Below are positions 19,223-26,377 of a stretch of 39,100 nucleotides of DNA, in pieces. How positions within the stretch are numbered: position 1 is the stretch's first letter; each line of letters starts with the position of its first letter. The notes below the pieces were generated by a model. The model was not told the origin of the DNA, ran no database searches, and was given only the letters and a program-made list of their open reading frames with translations. Origin of the DNA: Candidatus Woesearchaeota archaeon. GTDB lineage: Archaea > Nanobdellota > Nanobdellia > Woesearchaeales > GW2011-AR4. The stretch lies in assembly GCA_016185805.1 (NCBI GenBank), contig JACPMW010000009.1, positions 1 through 39,100 on the forward strand, written 5' to 3'. The translations under genes were made by a program, and so were the position numbers.

Positions 19223-19819
19223 TTATGTTATTACTAATTCAAATTGTTCGGTGGCTAATAGTTTTCTAGCTGTTTCTAAGTCTGTTTTTATAACTTCACT
19301 AGGAACAACTGCATGATTCATTCCTCCACTTTCGATGAAATTTTGTTGTTTTCCTGATACATTCTTAATGTAGATATATCCGCCTAATTTTTCACTTTCA
19401 ATATTAATTTTTTCTTCTAACTTCTCTAAAACTTTCAATTGCTTATCTTTTATTCTCTGTTCTTCAATACTTTTTTCATATGCCAATTTTGCATCAGCTT
19501 CTGCTTGCTTTTTTCTTTCTTCAATTCCTTGCAACTGTTCTGGTGTACAATCACCACATTTATCGCATTTATAAAACTCAATTAGTCGTTTTAATTCAGC
19601 AGAACCACCAGTATATTTTCCAGTGTTACAGACCATGTTACATATATCCTGATTATTTCCAGAATCACTTTTACCATGCATACATAAGTCCACACAATAA
19701 CTCAATTGTGACTGGAAAATTCCTTGTGTGGGACAGCTTACTTTTGTGTTTGTAGGATTGCTTGTAGTGCAACTAGCAACCAAGACCACCAACAAACTTA
19801 TAATGATTAATATTTTCAT
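19223..19819 (-). CDS. Putative lipoprotein with Cys-rich domain
   Basis: MKILIIISLLVVLVASC lipobox-like signal; CxxxC, CxxxC, CxxCxxC; AGGAGGA RBS. Confidence 0.75.
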   Translation of the reverse strand: MKILIIISLLVVLVASCTTSNPTNTKVSCPTQGIFQSQLSYCVDLCMHGKSDSGNNQDICNMVCNTGKYTGGSAELKRLIEFYKCDKCGDCTPEQLQGIEERKKQAEADAKLAYEKSIEEQRIKDKQLKVLEKLEEKINIESEKLGGYIYIKNVSGKQQNFIESGGMNHAVVPSEVIKTDLETARKLLATEQFELVIT

Positions 19820-19829
19820 ATCTCCTCCT

Positions 19830-20180
19830 TCAATCTTCTGCCAATCTTTTGAAATATTCCTTTACAGGTGCTTGAGTATTATTTTCATTTTGAGAGTTGT
19901 TACCAATACCACCGCCTTCCCCACCATCGCCCTTGCTTTCACTACTACTCAGCTTTTTATTGATGTCCTGAATGGCTTGTGATGTATTTTCCAATTGTTG
20001 TTTTAATTCTTCATTCTGTTTTGTAAGGTTTTCAACAATTTGCTGGGTTGTGTTTTGGACTATCTTTTGCGTTTCATTCTTGAAGATAGGTTCATATTTT
20101 TCCCTATATATTTGCTCTTGCTCGGCAGTACAACCAATAACTAAAGCTGTTAGCAAAACTATGGATATATACCTCATCAT
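19830..20180 (-). CDS. Putative lipoprotein, coiled coil plus Gly-rich tail
   Basis: MMRYISIVLLTALVIGC lipobox-like signal; TATA-like sequence upstream. Confidence 0.72.
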   Translation of the reverse strand: MMRYISIVLLTALVIGCTAEQEQIYREKYEPIFKNETQKIVQNTTQQIVENLTKQNEELKQQLENTSQAIQDINKKLSSSESKGDGGEGGGIGNNSQNENNTQAPVKEYFKRLAED

Positions 20181-20525
20181 TTTAGTGAGTATCTTGCTTT
20201 AAATATTTAAATCTACTTATCTATTAAAAATATCAGTCAATAATAGTAAAGACGTGCCTCTTTGTCTATATTAAGTTAAACCCTTTAGTTTTCTCGAAGA
20301 TTAGCTTTAGCCAAAAATTTCAACAACATGGGTGAAAATTGAGTGCAGAGGATTTTTCAGTTACGAAGTTCTGAAAAATCCTTTGCGAATAGGGTTTTCA
20401 CCAAGAAAACCCGTGTTTGAACCCTTTGTTGTTGTTGAAATTTTTATTTGAAAATTCTTTGTATGGATTTGCAAATTATCATCGAGAAAATGCAAAACAA
20501 AGTGAAGCAGGGCAGTAAGAAATGG

Positions 20526-20678
20526 GCATATAACGTACAGAGCAAGGCGACCTTTGGCTCGAGGCGAGAAATTTTTTCCTCGAATTTTGAGGCAACCCGC
20601 AAAATTCAGAGCTGAAAAAATTTTGAAGCACTCGAGACTTTTTTCCGCAGAAAAAAGTTTGCCTTGCGAGTGTTAGGC
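20526..20678 (+). other. attC-like (or IMEX attP-like) fold-back recombination site
   Basis: R'' GCATATAAC 20526-20534; L'' GCAAGGCGACCTTT 20542-20555; branched hairpin interior; L' AAAGTTTGCCTTGC 20654-20667; R' GTTAGGC 20672-20678. Confidence 0.72.
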
Positions 20679-20803
20679 GACCGATAGGCGAGTGAGCCGC
20701 AGCGAACATCGAGTTTTTGAGCCACCCCGTGCGTTACTGCCGTAGTTTTTGCTTAATTGATTTTCCATAAACATTATATATACTAAACACAAACAAAAGT
20801 AAT

Positions 20804-22258
20804 ATGGAGTCATTATTAAAATATCCATGGAAATATATACATAGCACTAGCAATCATCAGTCTGTAACTGCCAAGTTAGTTGAAACTCTAAATGCAACAA
20901 ATAAACAAGATTTTTTCCCTGAAACATATTTTTATCTTACTCATTTAATAAATCCAATCAATGCATACTGGACTAAATTGACTACTTCAACTGTTTCAAA
21001 TTCCAACGATACTGCAAGAAAATTATTTTTAGGTAATAAAATAGAAAGGTTGGCTAGTATTTGGTTCAAAAAATTACCAGACTTTGTTGTTGAACAAGGC
21101 AAGTTAGATGGCGCTTTTGTAGGCATCCCGGGAGTTGTAGGAAAATTTGATTTCTTAATTGGTGATTCTATAATTGAACTAAAAAGCAAAGAGGAATTCC
21201 CAACAGATGAAAAAGAGATTATCCAGCTTTATCCTCATGATATAGAGCAGTTGGCTTTTTACTCAGCTTTACACCCTATGCAACCAAAGGAAAATTACCT
21301 TGTATTCATAAATCAGGTTCATCCTTACCAATTTAAAGCGTATAAATTAATAATAAAAGATTTTGGGAAAGTCAAATCAATCATACTATCCAGAATTAGC
21401 CATCTTAAAAAATCTATTGAGGGTAAAGATTACAGTTCTTTGGGCAAATGTAGGTATTATGATCTAGGATGTAAATTTCAAGACAATCAAATATGCAACT
21501 GTGAGTCCTTAGAATCACTTCCAGATACAATAAGTTCAGCAGTTGAGATAAAATATGATGAAGAATTCACAAAGCTGCTTCAATCTGAAATGGAAAAATC
21601 TGGATTTAAAGGAGAAGCATACACCACTTTAGATTTAATCATCCCTAGAAAAAAGATAATGAATGATAAGCTAAACATATCTGAAGAAATCGTTTCGGAC
21701 ATGAAAAAAGAAGGCTATATTTCTTGTTTGGACAATCTTGTAAAAAAATTACCCTATAAAATATCCAAAGAGCAAAGAAAAATTATCAAAGAAGGGCTAT
21801 TTGATGATAGATTAATCATTGCACAAAGATGGTTAAATCTACCAAGTTCTGGTAAAACAATGGGGGAGTTAGTACCTTATATAATTAAATGTGGAAAAAC
21901 TACCGACAAGGAATTCGCAAGTAAACCAAACACATTTAATATCGGAGAATTAGCAATTATTTGCGCTTCATATGGTGTCACAAAAGGATTAATATTTGTT
22001 ATTTATCCCAATTTAAATGATTTAATTCACACATTTGAAATTAACTTCAAAAATCTTAAAGAAGTTCAAACTGAAATAAAAGGGATTCTTGACCAGCTAG
22101 ACAAAGCAATGGGGGATGGGGAGTTCTTATCTCTGGAACCATGCTTTAAATTTTTTAATAATGAAGGAAAATGCCCATTAATGGAACCTTGCCATTCAGG
22201 AGGAAATAAGGGTTGTGATCCAGATTATATACCCATAAAGAGTAGATTCAAGGCTTAA
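20804..22258 (+). CDS. PD-(D/E)XK nuclease with two tandem Cas4-like domains
   Basis: GKFDFLIGDSIIELKS and EQLAFY motifs, Cys cluster CRYYDLGC..C.C; second degenerate repeat ending in C..C..C..C. Confidence 0.72.
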   Translation: MESLLKYPWKYIHSTSNHQSVTAKLVETLNATNKQDFFPETYFYLTHLINPINAYWTKLTTSTVSNSNDTARKLFLGNKIERLASIWFKKLPDFVVEQGKLDGAFVGIPGVVGKFDFLIGDSIIELKSKEEFPTDEKEIIQLYPHDIEQLAFYSALHPMQPKENYLVFINQVHPYQFKAYKLIIKDFGKVKSIILSRISHLKKSIEGKDYSSLGKCRYYDLGCKFQDNQICNCESLESLPDTISSAVEIKYDEEFTKLLQSEMEKSGFKGEAYTTLDLIIPRKKIMNDKLNISEEIVSDMKKEGYISCLDNLVKKLPYKISKEQRKIIKEGLFDDRLIIAQRWLNLPSSGKTMGELVPYIIKCGKTTDKEFASKPNTFNIGELAIICASYGVTKGLIFVIYPNLNDLIHTFEINFKNLKEVQTEIKGILDQLDKAMGDGEFLSLEPCFKFFNNEGKCPLMEPCHSGGNKGCDPDYIPIKSRFKA

Positions 22259-22263
22259 ATCAT

Positions 22264-23670
22264 TCACCATAATAATTTTGTTTCTCCGCCGGCTTTTACT
22301 TTGATCTGGTCTACTTTAATAACAAAAGGAAAGTTATTTGTTGCTTGACCTATTAATACTGCTTCTCCCCTACCTAAATTTTTAAGAATTAATAAACTCT
22401 CTGGGTCTATAACTTGAGCTTTAGAAATAAAAGATATATCAGCCGAATTTGAAAAATTAAATGCAAAAAGATTGTCACATTGTCTAAAAACCATTTCCGG
22501 AAGTGTGGTGGGTTCATTAGTAATTATAACTGAGTAAATACCTAAATGCCTCATTCTTGTGATAACATCATCCCAAAATTCTTCCTCAAAATAGTTTTGG
22601 GCTTCTTCAGCAAATAAAAAAATTCTACCTTTATCATATTCACCAGCACGGATTAATTGATTTAAGACGTACACTATTGATAATTCTTTAACTTTTTGGC
22701 CTTGAGCAAACATATTTATTATGATAGCGCCCCCAGAACTTTTTACTTTCTTTAAGTCTTTTGACAAATCAAAGTCTCCAAATATATTAAGACTTTTTGC
22801 AAATTCTATTCTCCCTACTGCTGCAGTAACTGTATTTTGATGACTTCCACTTTCTTCTATGTAATCCTGTAAATTATCTAAGTCCTTCCCCTCACGATTT
22901 TCATTCCAATATCTAGAAAATAGTCTATAAGCATTATGGGAGTCATCTATCTGGCACATTCTGGCGAAAGTTTCAAATCTTATTCCATCTAAAGGTATCA
23001 AAAAATTTTTAGTAGGAATTAGTTCTATAATTAAGTCATGATAAGATGATTTTCCGCCTGATTCTTTTTCTTTTAATCCTGAATATTCACCATTTACATC
23101 TAAAATAACAATAGGAGCTTTGTTTTTAATAAGTTCCTCAACAATTTTTTTAGATAAATGAGATTTACCCGAACCTTTTTTACCTGTAATTAATGTAATA
23201 CCTTGTAATCCTGTTAAGTCTAAATTAAATTCTGAATTTGTTTTCAAGAATTTTCCTATTTGTGCTGGTTTTTTAGGTTTAAATCCGATGAGTTTGGCAA
23301 CATTGTCTTCAGGAATTACTGAAACTTTTGAATTTCTCGAAGGGAGTATAGTAGAACCGAGTAAGAAGTTTGAGTTAATCAGATTTCCCCTAATTTTACA
23401 TCTCGCAATTCGTGCATCTCTTACAGAATTGTAGTAATTCGCTAATTCAGATTGTGGTGCGAGTACATCTGCACCTGCTGCAATCTCTCTTAACAAACTA
23501 GCAAAAAAACCTGGAAAATCTGAATACTGTAAATCAAAGATTTGGGCTATGCAACAATAACTCCCATCTTCTATTTTAAAACAATCCCCCACCCTTAAGT
23601 CAAGTCCGGAAGAAAACATAAATGCAATTTCATTTTCTTTTTTGTAGATTATTTTGATTTTATTTTCCAT
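22264..23670 (-). CDS. herA: HerA-family ATPase/helicase
   Basis: N-terminal HAS-barrel-like region, ITGKKGSGKS Walker A, ILDVNGEY, FAEEAQNY Walker B, RMRHLG. Confidence 0.88.
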   Translation of the reverse strand: MENKIKIIYKKENEIAFMFSSGLDLRVGDCFKIEDGSYCCIAQIFDLQYSDFPGFFASLLREIAAGADVLAPQSELANYYNSVRDARIARCKIRGNLINSNFLLGSTILPSRNSKVSVIPEDNVAKLIGFKPKKPAQIGKFLKTNSEFNLDLTGLQGITLITGKKGSGKSHLSKKIVEELIKNKAPIVILDVNGEYSGLKEKESGGKSSYHDLIIELIPTKNFLIPLDGIRFETFARMCQIDDSHNAYRLFSRYWNENREGKDLDNLQDYIEESGSHQNTVTAAVGRIEFAKSLNIFGDFDLSKDLKKVKSSGGAIIINMFAQGQKVKELSIVYVLNQLIRAGEYDKGRIFLFAEEAQNYFEEEFWDDVITRMRHLGIYSVIITNEPTTLPEMVFRQCDNLFAFNFSNSADISFISKAQVIDPESLLILKNLGRGEAVLIGQATNNFPFVIKVDQIKVKAGGETKLLW

Positions 23671-23675
23671 TTTAC

Positions 23676-24689
23676 TTACCCTTTACTCCATGGTCCAAAA
23701 AGTACTGGTCTAATGCGTTGCTCTATGGTTAATGCGTACTTGTCTATTGCATAAGCCTGCATGGCCAAAATTTCAGACGGGTCAAAAACACAAAATATAT
23801 GTGCTAATCTTAGTGGATCTGGGTATCCGTCTGGACCGCAGTATTTTGCGATAATTCCAAAAATTTTATTTACATCACTATCTTTTGGAAAAACATCTAC
23901 TCTAAAGGCATAGCCACTGGGTTTGAATCTTACTACAAAAATTTTTCCCAGATATCTTGATTGATTGGCCAAATTTACTTTATTAGTAACATCGATATAG
24001 CATGGTTTATTGTTTAATTCTAATTTTTGAGTTAGGTCATTACCTTTATTATCTGTTACTATAGTATGTTTAGATACAGCAACCATCACTGAATTATTTT
24101 TTTCTGCTTGTTCTTTCATCTCTTTCATAACAGAATTAGGGGAGTCTACTGTACCAGTTATTAATGAGCCATCAAATAAGAAAATAGATTTTGGATTATT
24201 TTTTACTAATCTAAATTGAACTACTCTTTCGATTATATTTCTAATCCTATCCGGCATTTTAAAAACCTCTGGGCTTTTAACAGAATCTGTAGAGAAAAAA
24301 TATTTCTTACGAAGTTCCCTATACATGGAAGTCTTATTATCAAATGTTATTTTTATTATTTCAGGTCCAACTATTTCAATAGATGGTTCTAAATTTGGCT
24401 GAACAGATATTAATGCGCCTCTAACAGAGGCAACAATACCTTTTTCTACCCTACCCAAAGTATTTGAAGTGCTATCAATAGCAAATATTTTCTTCATATC
24501 GGTCAATTCAAAGAATGTATCAATTTTTACATCTTCACTTTCTAATTCAATTACTGATTCCTGTTCTCTAGATGGAGCAACAATAAAATCGTTAGGATTA
24601 ACATCTGAAGGTTGGAATTTTTTAGATTTATCTTTCTTAGAAAGTACAGAAATATCTTCTAGTAAATCAGCTATTATACCCTTTCCCAT
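23676..24689 (-). CDS. nurA: NurA-family nuclease
   Basis: FAIDST, FLFDGSL, AVSK, FRVD, GYPDPLRLAH. Confidence 0.88.
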   Translation of the reverse strand: MGKGIIADLLEDISVLSKKDKSKKFQPSDVNPNDFIVAPSREQESVIELESEDVKIDTFFELTDMKKIFAIDSTSNTLGRVEKGIVASVRGALISVQPNLEPSIEIVGPEIIKITFDNKTSMYRELRKKYFFSTDSVKSPEVFKMPDRIRNIIERVVQFRLVKNNPKSIFLFDGSLITGTVDSPNSVMKEMKEQAEKNNSVMVAVSKHTIVTDNKGNDLTQKLELNNKPCYIDVTNKVNLANQSRYLGKIFVVRFKPSGYAFRVDVFPKDSDVNKIFGIIAKYCGPDGYPDPLRLAHIFCVFDPSEILAMQAYAIDKYALTIEQRIRPVLFGPWSKG

Positions 24690-24836
24690 TGAGTACTAGG
24701 ATAAATTTAAGCTATATTTATATTTTATGCAATGGGTAAGCAAAAACTTAGGAGAACTTTAGCGAACCATATAATATACACATATTATATGAAGGCAGTA
24801 ACGCACTATAAATTGACGTAAAATGGTGGCTCAAAA

Positions 24837-24864
24837 ACTTTGCCTAACACACGTTAGGCGAAGT
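24837..24864. other. dif-like tyrosine-recombinase site, right boundary of island
   Basis: ACTTTGCCTAA-CACACG-TTAGGCGAAGT: 11-6-11 with arms 10/11 palindromic. Confidence 0.7.
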
Positions 24865-24881
24865 TTTGACTTTTTTTCATA

Positions 24882-25029
24882 TGTCGAAAATATACCATCA
24901 CTCTGTGACTGATTGATGTAAATCCAATGTTGCTACCACATATTGCATATTTTCGAGCATGCTCAAAAACCACGTAAAAACATTTATGATAGCAGCATGT
25001 TATTAGTCTATAACTGGTGGTTTTTGACA
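24882..25029. repeat. Cruciform intergenic repeat, copy 3 (expanded loops)
   Basis: TGTC GAAAATAT...ATATTTTC GAGCATGCTC AAAAACCAC...GTGGTTTTT GACA. Confidence 0.85.
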
Positions 25030-25070
25030 CGTAAAAATTCAGAAATTTTAATCCTGCAATTCACCGCAAC

Positions 25071-25080
25071 ATTTTTAAAT
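25071..25080 (+). promoter_or_regulatory. TATA box of the 5S rRNA gene
   Basis: ATTTTTAAAT about 20-30 bp upstream of the 5S 5' end. Confidence 0.55.
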
Positions 25081-25100
25081 CACTAATTCTTCCTAAATAC

Positions 25101-25212
<112 letters not shown>

Positions 25213-25218
25213 CCTTTT

Positions 25219-26019
25219 CTATCTAAGATTATCAACATCTTTCTTGGAATGAATATGAATCTCCTTTTCAGAGCTCAAATGCCCGTTCAACAGCCCTTTT
25301 TCCGCCAGTTCAGGGAATACATCGCTTTCAAGGCTGTTCCCGGAATATTCAAAGATTTGCGGCTCTGTGACAAATATGGGGGAAAAGACAAGATAGATGT
25401 CCGACTTCCTGGGCTTTTGCGTGAATGTAAGCACTTTGTTGCCTTCAACCCTCACAGTCCCTTTCTCGCTTGGCTTTGATGATGTTGTCAGCATTATTGT
25501 AGCGACTGCATTCTGCTTTATGTGGTCGTTCCACAGCTCTTCAATATTTATCTTGTTAAAAACGATATCGCCGTACACGACAAGGAAATTCGTGCTTATT
25601 CTGCCTTTCAGCAGCCTTAGGGAGCCTGCAGTTCCATTCGAGGATTTCTCTTCAATGTAGCTTATTTTTATTCCATAGCCTGTCCCGTCCTTGAGCATCT
25701 CAAAAAGCCTTGTCAGTAATGCATGCCTTGCAACAATAAAAATAGTCTTGAAATTGTTCTCCCTCAGCTTCTTCAGAGCCAATTCTATGACAAAGCTGTT
25801 CCTTATTTTCGCAGTTGGCCTGTACTCATCCCTTCCAATCCTTATATGCCCCTCATCCCCTCCCAGAAGAATAACGGCAGATTTGTTTTCCCCCAGCGCG
25901 TTCTTTGCAAGGTGCTCTATTGCCTGCGACCTGTTCCTTATGTATATATTGTCGATTATGGAGTCTATGTCCTGCAGCGTCTTCTCGTTTATTGTTATGG
26001 AGATTTTACTTTTAGGCAT
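25219..26019 (-). CDS. Ribbon-helix-helix (CopG/NikR-like) domain fused to sugar-phosphate nucleotidyltransferase-like domain
   Basis: KISITINEKTLQDID...NRSQAIE; then AVILLGG, GTAGSL, FLVVYGD, FTQKP, SLESDVFPELA. Confidence 0.85.
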   Translation of the reverse strand: MPKSKISITINEKTLQDIDSIIDNIYIRNRSQAIEHLAKNALGENKSAVILLGGDEGHIRIGRDEYRPTAKIRNSFVIELALKKLRENNFKTIFIVARHALLTRLFEMLKDGTGYGIKISYIEEKSSNGTAGSLRLLKGRISTNFLVVYGDIVFNKINIEELWNDHIKQNAVATIMLTTSSKPSEKGTVRVEGNKVLTFTQKPRKSDIYLVFSPIFVTEPQIFEYSGNSLESDVFPELAEKGLLNGHLSSEKEIHIHSKKDVDNLR

Positions 26020-26377
26020 TTAATATCCTTGTGACGATTTTAATAATTCAATCTGTTCGCAGTGAGATGCGAGGTTCGCAATAAACTCGCTCACCAACTC
26101 ACTGCTCACATAATCTACTGCTCGGCTTTTGCTTCTCTGAGATGCATGCGAGAACGCTGGTAGCTGGCGAGTGAGGCTCACTCGCCTCACAACTCACTGC
26201 TCGCGTTCAACTCAGTCGCTCAAGCCTCGCCTATCTATTTTACGTGCCATCGAATATGGTACAATTTTTGATGGAACTTTTTGCGAAAAAGTTTCTCGTC
26301 CTCAAGGGGCGAAACCCTTGGTAGGATTAAGTAGGATAATGGTAAGATATTTAAATAACTTTCCATCCCAAAAGCCT

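Larger units (their letters stand above)
18525..20672. mobile_element. Putative gene cassette 1 (four small ORFs)
   Basis: Begins at G|TTATATGC (18524-18532), whose exact reverse complement GCATATAAC (20526-20534) opens the downstream attC-like site; additional terminal inverted repeats. Confidence 0.68.
20673..24853. mobile_element. Putative gene cassette 2 (Cas4-like nuclease, HerA, NurA)
   Basis: Begins G|TTAGGC and ends with complementary GCCTAAC (24842-24848); three perfect terminal IR blocks of 15, 13 and 12 bp; visibly AT-rich. Confidence 0.7.

Noticed and set aside
20479..20709. 76-aa minus-strand ORF
   Set aside because: Coincides with the palindromic att-like site; no protein-like features.
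20804..22258. CRISPR-Cas adaptation locus suggested by the Cas4-like gene
   Set aside because: No cas1/cas2 and no regularly spaced direct-repeat array anywhere in the window.
22264..24689. Standard herA-mre11-rad50-nurA repair operon
   Set aside because: mre11 and rad50 are absent, and the genes lie in an IR-bounded AT-rich unit. Not fully excluded without the rest of the genome.
18508..24864. Classical IS/composite transposon or complete integron
   Set aside because: No transposase or integrase ORF in the window and no clear target-site duplication. The boundaries fit tyrosine-recombinase core sites better.
24865..25100. tRNA gene as the island integration target
   Set aside because: No cloverleaf or T-loop GTTCRA motif recognised at either island boundary.
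26171..26377. 69-aa N-terminal extension of UDP-glucose dehydrogenase
   Set aside because: Runs through hairpin repeats. The family starts at MKIAV (26378), which has its own TATA box.
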